Shown here one piece after another: positions 31,172-41,085 of a stretch of DNA of 64,000 nucleotides. How positions within the stretch are numbered: the first letter of the stretch is position 1; every line of letters starts with the position of its first letter. Source of the DNA: Bythopirellula sp. (GTDB lineage: Bacteria > Planctomycetota > Planctomycetia > Pirellulales > Lacipirellulaceae); contig OZ244170.1 of the NCBI GenBank assembly GCA_965216565.1, positions 1,504,001 to 1,568,000 of the forward strand. The letters run 5' to 3'. The notes beneath the pieces were generated by a model. It made no database searches. It was not told the origin of the DNA and saw only the letters and a list, made by a program, of their open reading frames with translations. The position numbers and the translations under genes were made by a program.

Positions 31172-31628
31172 GGTGTCGTCTCTTGAAAGCATTAGAAAAG
31201 TGAGCCGATTCTGATCGGCAGTGTGGGTTGGCCTCCTGTCGGTCGAACAGAAAATCTGTATCGAACAGAACAGGGGACTAATTAACTGAAGAGCTTTATT
31301 ACTTGACGGGTATCGAGGAGATAAGTGCTGGGTATTGTCTGAGAACTTGCCTCAAATATCCAAACAACTCTAGCTCATGGTTCTCGCCTCGTCGAATCTT
31401 CGATAGACTTAGTGCTGTTTTAAGGGTCTACCGCATTCGATTGAGCTGGCGAGAGAACCTGCGTTATTTCGCTGTGTCTTTAGGAGATATACAGGTTATT
31501 TCACGAATGTGCGCAGATTCGGATTCTGCGGATCGTTTGAACTATCCGGAGAAATCAGAGTTCCGTCCTCGTGTGAGTAGCTAGGTCGTAATCCCCATTA
31601 GAAGAGTATTTGCTGGAGTTAATCTGTC

Positions 31629-32345
31629 ATGCCCAGTCTTGGAGTAAATATCGATCACGTTGCCACAGTTCGTCAGGCACGGTTAACGAACGAGCCCGAT
31701 CCCGTGTGGGCGGCAACTTTGGCGGAGCTTGGCGGGGCAGATGGCATTACCTTGCATCTTCGCGAGGACCGCAGGCATATTCAGGAGCGCGATCTGCATC
31801 TGTTGGGACAAACCGTTGCCGTGAAGCTGAACTTGGAACTCGCCTGCAGCGACGATATCGTCGAGATCGCTTGCGGAGCCCGCCCGTATCAGGCGACTTT
31901 GGTTCCCGAGCGCCGCGAAGAAGTCACTACCGAGGGGGGGCTCGATGTCGCGGGGAATCTGCAGAATATTTCCCAGGCAGTTAAAAAGCTACAGGATGCA
32001 GGGGTCGTTGTCAGTTTGTTTATCGATCCCGATGACAAGCATATCGAAGCCAGTGCCGCAACCGGGGCGACCGCGGTGGAGTTGCACACGGGCGCCTACG
32101 CAAACGCGAGTGCTAAATTTTCTGGAGAGGCCGAGTTGGAAACCCTCCAAACTGCGTCCCAAAAGATTAGCTCCGCCGGACTCACTCTTCACGCGGGCCA
32201 TGGACTTACATATCGCAACGTCCGACCCGTAGCACAGATCCCCAATATGTGTGAGCTAAACATCGGCCACAGCATCATCTCGCGAGCCATCATGGTGGGC
32301 CTTGAACAAGCGGTTCGAGATATGAAGAAGCTAATTACCCTTTAA
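31629..32345 (+). CDS. pdxJ: Pyridoxine 5'-phosphate synthase
   Basis: [37 protein letters not shown]. Confidence 0.97.
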   Translation: MPSLGVNIDHVATVRQARLTNEPDPVWAATLAELGGADGITLHLREDRRHIQERDLHLLGQTVAVKLNLELACSDDIVEIACGARPYQATLVPERREEVTTEGGLDVAGNLQNISQAVKKLQDAGVVVSLFIDPDDKHIEASAATGATAVELHTGAYANASAKFSGEAELETLQTASQKISSAGLTLHAGHGLTYRNVRPVAQIPNMCELNIGHSIISRAIMVGLEQAVRDMKKLITL

Positions 32346-32440
32346 TATCCTACCGATTGCCGAACAACTCTCGAAATGGCTATGATGGATAGTTCACAGA
32401 CCCTATTTCATTGACTCGAAAGAGCATTCGGAGAATCGCA

Positions 32441-33328
32441 ATGGCTGCCAAGGGAAAGGCTTTCGCAGGATTATCGGTGGCATTGGTCACCCCCTTCACC
32501 GACGGTGAGGTGGATTACGATGTGTTGCGGGACCAAGTCGAATTCCAGATATCAGCGGGCACCAACTGCTTATGCCCAGTAGGAACAACTGGCGAATGCC
32601 CCACACTTTCGCACGCCGAGCACGAAAAAGTCATCGCCTTCGTTTGCGAAACCGCGGCGGGACGCATCAAGGTGATGCCCGGCACCGGATCGAATAGTAC
32701 GCAGGAAGCATTGCGGCTGACAAAGTTTGCAGAGTCTGCCGGTGCCGACGGAGCGCTGCAAGTGGCACCGTACTACAACAAGCCAACGCAGCAGGGTTTT
32801 TACGAGCATTTCAAGTGCCTAGCGGAAGAAACAGGCTTGCCGCAATGCGTCTACAATATTCCTGGTCGCACTGGAAAAAATATCGAACCCGAAACAATCG
32901 GACGGCTGGCAGAGCTGGAAAATATCCAGATCGTTAAAGAAGCAACAGGTTCGCTCGATCAAGCTTCGGCCATTCTTTCCAGCACGGACTTAACAGTCCT
33001 TAGTGGGGACGACAGTTTGACTCTGCCGTTAATGTCCGTGGGTGCTTCTGGAGTCATCTCCGTAGTGGGCAACATGGTGCCGCAAGATATGCTCGCACTC
33101 ACAAAGGCCGCGCAAGCAGGGGATTTTCAAGAAGCTTTGAAGTGGCACCGCAAGCTCTTCCCGCTTTGCCGCGATATGCTGGGATTGTCGACAAATCCGA
33201 TTCCAGTGAAGGCAGCCATGAAAATGCTGGGACGCGATTCGGGCGAACTTCGTTTGCCGATGACCCCGCTTTCAGCCGATGAGGAAACTGCTCTGCGGAA
33301 CACTCTGGTTGGCTACGGCCTATTGTAG
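32441..33328 (+). CDS. dapA: 4-hydroxy-tetrahydrodipicolinate synthase
   Basis: GTTGE, PYYNKP, YNIPGRT, KEA, SGDD, NPIPVK. Confidence 0.95.
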   Translation: MAAKGKAFAGLSVALVTPFTDGEVDYDVLRDQVEFQISAGTNCLCPVGTTGECPTLSHAEHEKVIAFVCETAAGRIKVMPGTGSNSTQEALRLTKFAESAGADGALQVAPYYNKPTQQGFYEHFKCLAEETGLPQCVYNIPGRTGKNIEPETIGRLAELENIQIVKEATGSLDQASAILSSTDLTVLSGDDSLTLPLMSVGASGVISVVGNMVPQDMLALTKAAQAGDFQEALKWHRKLFPLCRDMLGLSTNPIPVKAAMKMLGRDSGELRLPMTPLSADEETALRNTLVGYGLL

Positions 33329-34294
33329 AACTTCGTTCATCACTTCCAGACGGGCTCCTTCGTTGCACGGAGCAGAGATCGTCAAGTTGGCCGAGGAAAA
33401 TTCCGCCAATCCACGAAGACGGGCAACCAATTCAGCAGCAGCATTTTGATCTGGGCAAAAAGCAAAGATTGTAGGCCCCCAGGAAGATTGGCCCACGCCT
33501 CGAACTCCCAGCCCTCGTAGCGTGTCAACCGCCTGCTCCACCTCCTGCGAGACGAACGGACTTGCCTGGATTGTCTCAAAGCAACTCCCTGCGAGTAGAC
33601 CGTATTGATAGATTCCTTCGGAAAACTGGTCGCAATCACCTGACTCAGCAGCGGGAACGATCGTCTTCTCAGCCAATTCAACAAGGCGATCGGTGACATG
33701 TTTTTCAATGGAAGGCAATGCTCCGAAAGCGTCGTTCTCACTTTCGCCATGCAGCCCCCCCTTGCCGGGCAAGCGGATCAACACAACTCGCCAGCCCTCT
33801 GGCAACGCTACTCGTTTGGCTAATTCACCCAAAGTTTGTTGAGGGAGCTTGCCGGTTTCCCAGATAAGTCCCCCGAGCTGAAATCCGTGGCTACCCACAG
33901 AGCTGCGTTTGCCGCGGCTCATGGCAGAGACTATCTCCTCGAGGTCGTATGGACCCTCACTGGTCAAAGTGTGGACCCCGGCAGCAATGGACAGAGCCAA
34001 CTGGGTACCGCTTCCCAATCCGCTATGTGCCTCTGGCTTTTTGAGAATTCGAAGTTGCATCGCCCCTGGGTCCGCTTGGCATAACTCACTAACCGCCTGC
34101 TGAGCGTAATTCAGAGACCGTTCGCAGTCTTCGCCCCAGCATTTCCATTCATTCGCAAGAGACATCTCCATTGCTAAGCAAGGCTCTGCGATCATCAATC
34201 CCAGGCCCCCATAGCTGCGGCCCGCTTGGTTTGCGAAGCTAAGCAACCCAAAGTGCAAGCGACTTGGTGCAGTAATACGAATTACTCGTTGCAT
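33320..34294 (-). CDS. mptG: Beta-ribofuranosylaminobenzene 5'-phosphate synthase (GHMP-fold; methanopterin synthesis)
   Basis: [28 protein letters not shown]. Confidence 0.85.
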   Translation of the reverse strand: MQRVIRITAPSRLHFGLLSFANQAGRSYGGLGLMIAEPCLAMEMSLANEWKCWGEDCERSLNYAQQAVSELCQADPGAMQLRILKKPEAHSGLGSGTQLALSIAAGVHTLTSEGPYDLEEIVSAMSRGKRSSVGSHGFQLGGLIWETGKLPQQTLGELAKRVALPEGWRVVLIRLPGKGGLHGESENDAFGALPSIEKHVTDRLVELAEKTIVPAAESGDCDQFSEGIYQYGLLAGSCFETIQASPFVSQEVEQAVDTLRGLGVRGVGQSSWGPTIFAFCPDQNAAAELVARLRGLAEFSSANLTISAPCNEGARLEVMNEVLQ

Positions 34295-34911
34295 GGTTCC
34301 TGCGTTGATGCTGAATGGGCTGCGTTGATGTACTCGCGAAGAAAGTCAAAGGCAGATTGCTCAGAGCTACTTGCCGTCTTCTTAACGATCACCGCCAGCC
34401 GGTTCATGTCACTGGCAACGTCTTCTTTCGAAATGAGTGAAATCCTAGTGGCCAAGATCGCCGCCTCCAGCACAGCATGTTGTGCTCGATTGAAACCGAA
34501 GAAATTTCGATTGTCTACTTTTCTCACCGTCTGGCCGATCAAGATTGCCCGTTCTTCGCGATCGTCAATAGATTCAATTCTGAATTCGTGCCAGCGACAG
34601 GCACCGACCAGAGCCTTGCCGACGATTTCTTTGGCTGCACCAAGTTGCGGAAGTGGTTCCGGCATTCCCACCGCGGTGCTGGCGATGAGCCCAACGTCGT
34701 CGGTGATATGAAATATCCCCTCGCGTTGACGCACCAGATTGCGATACGTGAGCGAGGATTGAAAGGGTCGGAAGACAAACTTGTTGCACTCCGCGTCCAC
34801 GATTGGCCCCATGGGCGAAATGTTTACGACACCATCTTCATCGAGCGTTGTGACCAGACCCTCTAAGATCTTGCCATCTTTACCCAATTGTGGTGTGTCC
34901 ATCTTTGTCAT
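34282..34911 (-). CDS. DUF447-family protein (methanopterin-cluster associated)
   Basis: ILEGLVTT, NISPMG, GFNRAQHAVLEAAILATR. Confidence 0.8.
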   Translation of the reverse strand: MTKMDTPQLGKDGKILEGLVTTLDEDGVVNISPMGPIVDAECNKFVFRPFQSSLTYRNLVRQREGIFHITDDVGLIASTAVGMPEPLPQLGAAKEIVGKALVGACRWHEFRIESIDDREERAILIGQTVRKVDNRNFFGFNRAQHAVLEAAILATRISLISKEDVASDMNRLAVIVKKTASSSEQSAFDFLREYINAAHSASTQEPCNE

Positions 34912-34914
34912 TGT

Positions 34915-35580
34915 TCAAAACGTGACGGGTTGGTTTGTCACAACGTCCACCACTTCTTTAGGTTGATTCATTTCGCTTAACTGCAAACCTTGGCTCTGCT
35001 CTGTAACGTTTATGCCTGCTAGTTTCAAGAAGTTGTGCAGTAAACGATACCCACAACCGGTGAGAATTGCCTCGGGATGAAATTGAAGTCCAGCCACCGG
35101 AAAATGAGCGTGCTCAATCGCCATGATGGTTCCATCCTCGCAGCGAGCGGTGTCTGCCAATTCTCGCGGGAGCGTATTGTGTTTGACGGCCAGTGAATGA
35201 TATCGACAGGCCTCGAATTGTTGAGGAACATCGCAAAACAGCGCCGTGTCATCGTGCCACACCTCAGACGTGCGACCATGCATGGGTTGTTTCGCTCGAA
35301 CAATCCTACCGCCCAGCGCAGAAGCGATTGCTTGATGACCGAGGCAGATGCCTAGAATGGGAAACTCTTGATGAAGCTGCTGCACCAACTCGACGCAGAT
35401 CCCCGCTCTTTCTGGAATTCCAGGCCCTGGTGAAAGCACGATCGCCTGCGGGCGAAGCTTGCGAATCTCTTCTACGGAGATTGCATCATTTCGTACAACT
35501 CGAGTCTCAAGGCCCAGTCGCTGAATGTATCTCGCCAGGTTGAAGACGAAACTATCGTAATTATCAATCAGTAGGATCAT
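34915..35580 (-). CDS. pabA: Aminodeoxychorismate synthase glutamine amidotransferase subunit
   Basis: IDNYDSF, SPGPG, GICLGHQ, RYHSL, QFHPE. Confidence 0.88.
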   Translation of the reverse strand: MILLIDNYDSFVFNLARYIQRLGLETRVVRNDAISVEEIRKLRPQAIVLSPGPGIPERAGICVELVQQLHQEFPILGICLGHQAIASALGGRIVRAKQPMHGRTSEVWHDDTALFCDVPQQFEACRYHSLAVKHNTLPRELADTARCEDGTIMAIEHAHFPVAGLQFHPEAILTGCGYRLLHNFLKLAGINVTEQSQGLQLSEMNQPKEVVDVVTNQPVTF

Positions 35581-36983
35581 GCTTTAATTGCATCCAACAT
35601 GCTGCGGGCTTTGTGCCACGTCTCGCGGTACTCTTGCTCGGGAATGCTTTGAGCGACGATACCTCCACCCACAGGCAATTGCCACCAGCTTCCACCGGCC
35701 GTCACTGTCCGAATCAAGATGTTGCTATCCATTTGACCATCAAAACCCAGGTAAGCCAAGCTACCACAGTATGGACCTCGGCAGGTCGGTTCGAGTTCCG
35801 CAATGATTTGCATCGCTCGAATCTTCGGGGCCCCCGTGATCGATCCTCCTGGAAAACAAGCGCGGAACAAGTCCAGGCTCGAAGCACCATCGCGTAACGT
35901 CCCGCAAATACAGGAAACAAGGTGTTTCACCGAGGAATACGTTTCCACATTGCAAAGCTCCGTCACACGTACGCTATCTGGTTCGCAGACTCGCGAAAGG
36001 TCGTTCCGCAGCAAGTCGACGATCATCACATTCTCGGCCCGATCTTTCTCGCTCTGCTGAAGAACATTTCCAGCAAAAAGATCAGCCTCGGCAGTGCCAA
36101 ATCGTCCGGAGGTGCCTTTGATGGGTCGGGTCTCTACTTGATTGCCACGAACGGTTAGGAAACACTCGGGCGAGGTGCTGCACACTTGCCAGTCTCCAAC
36201 ATCTATGTAGCCAGCGTATGGTGCCGGGTTTTTCTCGCGAAGTCTCAGGTACAACTCGTGTGAACTCGAGCGAGCCGGGCAGAGGAGTCGTTGGGCCAGA
36301 TTGACCTGAAAAACTTCGCCGCTGTGAATGTACTCCACAGCTTGGCGAATCATATTCAGATAGCTGTCTCCCGACATGTTGCTTGTTACACCCTCTAGTT
36401 CAACTTCGAATTGAGGAGCAACATTCAACTTTTTTGCGGAAGCTTGTGAAGGAACGTCACCAGGGGAGGGTGCCTCGGCAAGCCAGGACTTCAATTCTTC
36501 GAGGCGATGCCGTGCGCGATGCTTTCTTTCATCGGGATCAGATTCCGGGAACCCTTGAGAAATCATCCACGCTTCGTCCTTCTGGTGATCGAAAGCCACG
36601 ACCAGATCGTATAGACCAACTGCCATTGCCGGCACGGGCAGATCATTGGCTTTCGCCGGGGAGAGTCTCTCAAGGCTCAGAGCCAGTTCATATCCAAAGA
36701 TTCCCGCAGCACCTCCTTGGAAGGGAGGCAATCCCGGCACGGTTTGTTCCTGATAGCCATTGAGAGCCAGCTGCAGCTTTCCAAGTCCATCGGAGCCGTC
36801 TGCTGGAGCCGTTATCCACTGGAATGGATCGACAGCAACGAATGAGTATCTCGCATCGTTGATTTGGGAATCGCAATTATCGAAAAACACCACATGAGGA
36901 TGATTCCGCAGACGACAGAATACATCGACCGCCGAAATACCTCGCGGCAAAGCCTCAACAAAGGGTAAAGAACTTCCTGTCAC
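35577..36983 (-). CDS. pabB: Aminodeoxychorismate synthase component I
   Basis: SPECFL, PIKGT (PabB-type), KDRAENVMIVDLLRND, GSITGAPK. Confidence 0.88.
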   Translation of the reverse strand: MTGSSLPFVEALPRGISAVDVFCRLRNHPHVVFFDNCDSQINDARYSFVAVDPFQWITAPADGSDGLGKLQLALNGYQEQTVPGLPPFQGGAAGIFGYELALSLERLSPAKANDLPVPAMAVGLYDLVVAFDHQKDEAWMISQGFPESDPDERKHRARHRLEELKSWLAEAPSPGDVPSQASAKKLNVAPQFEVELEGVTSNMSGDSYLNMIRQAVEYIHSGEVFQVNLAQRLLCPARSSSHELYLRLREKNPAPYAGYIDVGDWQVCSTSPECFLTVRGNQVETRPIKGTSGRFGTAEADLFAGNVLQQSEKDRAENVMIVDLLRNDLSRVCEPDSVRVTELCNVETYSSVKHLVSCICGTLRDGASSLDLFRACFPGGSITGAPKIRAMQIIAELEPTCRGPYCGSLAYLGFDGQMDSNILIRTVTAGGSWWQLPVGGGIVAQSIPEQEYRETWHKARSMLDAIKA

Positions 36984-38404
36984 TTTTCACTATTCCTTGT
37001 ATCACTCTTCCTAGGTCTTCGTTTCAAGTAATGCCTAGGTTCCGCTTCGGTAGCTAAACCCCAGTTGAGTGCTTCGTCCTGTGTGTAGTTCTTGCCGAGT
37101 GTCATGGCAGTCTTCGCCTTGCACATTTCATAACCTAAATAGAACGCATGGCTCGGGTCGAGGTTCTTGGGGTGAGAGCCACCGTCCCCGGAACTTCTCA
37201 GTGAATCCATTAATGCAAAGGGATCGCTGTCGTGTAAGTGAAGATCGCCATTAATAAGATGAATCTCCCCTTCCGAAACGAAGATGCGGTAATTTGAATC
37301 CCGAACCTCACTTGCCAAGTCTGAAAGCTCCTTGGGGGTGACCTCCGTCTTCCACTCATCAGTCAGCATGATCAGTCCCGGCTCAATATGCTTAGGCAAA
37401 ACTTGATTGCTAATGGCATGAAACACGAGCCGACGCGCCAGATCGCATTCTCGAACGCTTGATCGCGCCCAATTGATCACCTGGGTCGTGAGCACACTGC
37501 GGATTCCCAGTTCCTGGCAAAAGCCGAGCAGTACCGTATTGATCCCGACCGAGTCGGCATCGGTTAGTTCAGTAAGATTTCCGATTCCCATCATCATCTC
37601 GGCATCGGGGTAGCGCTCCCTGACATCCAAATAGCGGCCCAAACTCTCTGCGAAGCCAAAAGAGATTGGTTCCAGAATAGGATCGATTCTTAACGCGACA
37701 TCATGCTTCGCCAGATAATCGATAGTTTCATCGAACCCTAGAAGTGTCTTCGGGTCATCGGGGATTGCCACGACTTCCACGCCCCAATCCAGGGCAGCTT
37801 CTCTATTGGAACTGTTGACACTCAGAACCAATTCGGCTCCCGCTGCTACCGCTGCTTCAATTTCTGCGCTGTTAAGACTATCTACCGATACGCGATGCCC
37901 CTCACCTCGCAATGCTTGTACGGCTTCCGTGACGCCAATCCATGTGTGTCCTGGTTCGCAGCCCACATCGATGACATCTGCCCCTGCCTCAGCGTATTCT
38001 TGCGCGAGGGCTTGGATTTCAGCGAGAGATAGCCGCGGGCAATGGTTTATCTCGGCTATGATCTGGATATCGTAACTGCCGTAGTCAGAATCGCTTGAGG
38101 GCTGCTCAAAGTACTGCGGCAACTGCCGAAGATCTTTTGGACCGCGGACGATTGGTAGGCTGACAACATCTTGCAGAGCAGTCAAATCGCCTTCGCAATA
38201 GCCAGGCAGAAACAGTTTTGTCGTGCCTGCTGGAATCTCGAGACGACGTGAGATCCATTCTGGCGTCATCAAGGCAGCGACAGTGATCGGCATCACCTGC
38301 AGACTGTATTGAAAGTTCGCCTGGGGCGCCACTTTTTCCAGGACGGCCCTCAAAGCATGTTGGGCCAAACGACCGGTGACAAAATGGTACACTTCTTGCG
38401 ACAT
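36980..38404 (-). CDS. Dihydropteroate-synthase-like protein (DUF6513/Orf20 type; methanopterin synthesis)
   Basis: HFVTGRLA, VAALMT, GPKDL, GADVIDVGC, GIGNLTELTDADS, HAFYLGYE, YTQDEAL. Confidence 0.8.
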   Translation of the reverse strand: MSQEVYHFVTGRLAQHALRAVLEKVAPQANFQYSLQVMPITVAALMTPEWISRRLEIPAGTTKLFLPGYCEGDLTALQDVVSLPIVRGPKDLRQLPQYFEQPSSDSDYGSYDIQIIAEINHCPRLSLAEIQALAQEYAEAGADVIDVGCEPGHTWIGVTEAVQALRGEGHRVSVDSLNSAEIEAAVAAGAELVLSVNSSNREAALDWGVEVVAIPDDPKTLLGFDETIDYLAKHDVALRIDPILEPISFGFAESLGRYLDVRERYPDAEMMMGIGNLTELTDADSVGINTVLLGFCQELGIRSVLTTQVINWARSSVRECDLARRLVFHAISNQVLPKHIEPGLIMLTDEWKTEVTPKELSDLASEVRDSNYRIFVSEGEIHLINGDLHLHDSDPFALMDSLRSSGDGGSHPKNLDPSHAFYLGYEMCKAKTAMTLGKNYTQDEALNWGLATEAEPRHYLKRRPRKSDTRNSEK

Positions 38405-38415
38405 AGAAAGTCGGC

Positions 38416-39180
38416 CTAAGCGCGTCCGCCATTCACGGGAAGAACATGTCCGGTAATAAAATTGGCGGCTGGCGACACCAAGAAACAGGCTGCCTGGGCG
38501 ACGTCCGCAGGCGTTCCCCACCGAGCTAGTAGCGATTCCGCTTCAGCTCTCTCCTGCCAATAGTCACTGGCATTGTCCCCCCATGCTGTCTTGATCCAAC
38601 CGGGGGCAAGGCAATTTACCCGCACTTCGGGAGCAAGTGATTTGGCCGCGCTACGCGTAAATGCCATGATGGCACCTTTGGTCGTCGAGAACATTTCACC
38701 ACTTTCTCCAGCCATGCCAAATTCAGCTTGATCCCAACCTATGTTCAGAATCACCCCTTCTCCGCGCTCTTTCATTTTCTCACCGACATAGCGAGTAAGT
38801 TGGACCGTTGACAAGACATCCGTTTTCCACAGTCGGTCGATCTTCTCGTTGAACGGCAGTTCCGCCGCCGACCCCGTCAGTACATCGGCGCCGGCGTTAT
38901 TAATCCAAATGTCAATTGAAGCTACCTGCCACGCTTTCTCAGCAAAGTCTGCCAGCAGACTTTCGTCGGATAAATCGCAGGCAATAACTTCTGCCTGAGT
39001 GTCACCCGCGCGAAGATCTGTGGCTAACTGTTTCGCCGCATCCAGATTGCGATACCCGTGCAGAATAAGATTGGCCCCAGCGGACGCCAACTCGATCGCT
39101 ATGGCCCGGCCAATCCCACTGGAACTACCGGTGACAACTGCCCATTTGTTTTCGAAACTAGATGAAGAGGCTGAGGTCAT
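38416..39180 (-). CDS. SDR-family oxidoreductase with atypical active site
   Basis: TGSSSGIG, NNAG, VNCLAPGW; FSTTK in place of YxxxK. Confidence 0.85.
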   Translation of the reverse strand: MTSASSSSFENKWAVVTGSSSGIGRAIAIELASAGANLILHGYRNLDAAKQLATDLRAGDTQAEVIACDLSDESLLADFAEKAWQVASIDIWINNAGADVLTGSAAELPFNEKIDRLWKTDVLSTVQLTRYVGEKMKERGEGVILNIGWDQAEFGMAGESGEMFSTTKGAIMAFTRSAAKSLAPEVRVNCLAPGWIKTAWGDNASDYWQERAEAESLLARWGTPADVAQAACFLVSPAANFITGHVLPVNGGRA

Positions 39181-39351
39181 AGGCTCGCGAGCGGGCAGAT
39201 TGTGATCGACGAATGTTGACGCATGTTGGTGGTAATGATTCTGCTGAGCAATTGGAGGCTGTCATCAAGGTCAGCTTGTCTCTATTTGGCAATCGACCTA
39301 GGATATCTGCGGAACAACAGTCCCGGCTTCGAAACTGACGAAGGTAGAAAG

Positions 39352-41049
39352 ATGTCGTCTGAAATCCCTAGCGATTCTCCAGCAAAAGACCAACCAACGA
39401 AACGCCGCATTCGCTGGTTTCCCATCATCTGGGTTTCGCTACTAACCGCAATTGTAGTCCAATCCAGGTACTACTTCGAGGACCCCGGGATTTACAACAG
39501 CATTACCCACTTTGCGGTAATACTGGGTGTGGTGGGAATCGCTTTGTGGGTCCTGGTTCGTAGCCGATGGCAACTGACAACTAGATTCGCTGCCGCCGGG
39601 GTACTCTTACTAGCGATAAGTGCTCACTATCTGCAATTCTCTCCAATCGAATTCGTCAACAACGGCGATGTCGGACTAGTTGATTGGCGGTGGAGATGGG
39701 TTGATCCCGATCGGCAACTTACAACCGTCGCCGCGGAAAACGAACAACAGATCGATTGGCAACCCACAGAATGGGATTACCCCCGCTTCTTGGGCAACGG
39801 GTATTGGGCAGAAGCCGAGGGAGTGACGCTTAATACCAATTGGAAAGCGAATCCTCCCGAGGTCATATGGGAGCAACGGATTGGTGCCGGCTGGTCGGCA
39901 TTTGCCGTGGTGGGCCACTATGCCGTCACGCAAGAGCAACGCGGCGAGCAGGAGATGGTCACGTGCTACGACATCGAAGACGGCTCCTTAGTTTGGAGCC
40001 ACGCCGACGACGTCCGATTCGATCCCAGCGGCGGAGGATCACTGGGAGGTGTTGGCCCCCAAGCCACGCCGACCATCCACGAAGGGCGCGTGTACACGCA
40101 TGGAGCCACGGGTGTCATCAACTGCATGGAAGCAACGAGCGGCACACTTCTATGGTCTCACGATGCAGTCACAGAGTTTGAAGTCGAAACACTCCTCTGG
40201 GGAAAATCTGCTTCGCCATTAATTGTTGACCACATGGTAGTCGTTAGCATCGGCGATGCACGTGCGAGTATTTCTGAAGCAATAGTACAAGAAGGCAATT
40301 CACTCGTGGCTTTCGACCAGCTTACTGGCGAGGTCATTTGGAAGGCAGGGAACCGCCGAAGTAGTTATGCGAGCCCCATCCTCACCACACTCGCAGGCGT
40401 CCGGCAAATAGTAGTTGTGAATGAAGACTACATTACATCCCATCGCGCAGACGATGGCACAATTCTCTGGGAGCACCCTTGGCCCGGTCGCAGCGACACA
40501 AATGCATCGGCATCTCAGCCGGTTCCCGTGGGAAAAGATCGGATATTTGTTTCTAAGGGATACGGAATCGGTTCGGAACTTATTCAGATATCTCGCGCAG
40601 ACGATCGATGGGATGTCGAGACAGTCTGGAAAAAGAATGTTATGAAAACAAAAATGTGCAATGTCGTCGTCCACGAAGGCTACATCTATGGCATCGACGA
40701 CGTGCATCTTGCCTGCGTTGAATTAGAATCGGGCAAAAAACAGTGGAAGAAACGCCGCCGACCGACCTTTGGTCATGGGCAGATCATGCTGGTAGGCGAG
40801 CAATTGCTAGTAATTTCCGAAGAAGGCGAAGTGATTCTTGCTGCTGCAAATCCTGACGAATACTCAGAACTGGGTAGCTTTCAAGCCATTGATGGGATCA
40901 CTTGGAATAACCTTGCTCTAGCAGGTCCGAATCTTCTTGTGCGGAATGCTGAGTGGGCTGCCTGCTTTGAGTTGCCCCTAGCCAATCCGAATTCGAGCGA
41001 AGCTTCTGACCCCAACAAAGACTCTTTAGAGGGCACAGCTCAGCAATAA
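39352..41049 (+). CDS. Membrane-anchored PQQ-like/BamB-like beta-propeller protein
   Basis: Three N-terminal TMs, DYPRFLG, GWSAFAV, repeated G..W motifs, SYASP, TWN; start at MSSEI chosen. Confidence 0.82.
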   Translation: MSSEIPSDSPAKDQPTKRRIRWFPIIWVSLLTAIVVQSRYYFEDPGIYNSITHFAVILGVVGIALWVLVRSRWQLTTRFAAAGVLLLAISAHYLQFSPIEFVNNGDVGLVDWRWRWVDPDRQLTTVAAENEQQIDWQPTEWDYPRFLGNGYWAEAEGVTLNTNWKANPPEVIWEQRIGAGWSAFAVVGHYAVTQEQRGEQEMVTCYDIEDGSLVWSHADDVRFDPSGGGSLGGVGPQATPTIHEGRVYTHGATGVINCMEATSGTLLWSHDAVTEFEVETLLWGKSASPLIVDHMVVVSIGDARASISEAIVQEGNSLVAFDQLTGEVIWKAGNRRSSYASPILTTLAGVRQIVVVNEDYITSHRADDGTILWEHPWPGRSDTNASASQPVPVGKDRIFVSKGYGIGSELIQISRADDRWDVETVWKKNVMKTKMCNVVVHEGYIYGIDDVHLACVELESGKKQWKKRRRPTFGHGQIMLVGEQLLVISEEGEVILAAANPDEYSELGSFQAIDGITWNNLALAGPNLLVRNAEWAACFELPLANPNSSEASDPNKDSLEGTAQQ

Positions 41050-41085
41050 GACCTCAGGGGAACTTGAGAATCGCGCCAGCAATTT

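Noticed and set aside
39352..41049. PQQ-dependent methanol/alcohol dehydrogenase linked to the C1 operon
   Set aside because: It has N-terminal TMs and lacks the vicinal Cys-Cys and active-site motifs; it fits the common planctomycete propeller family
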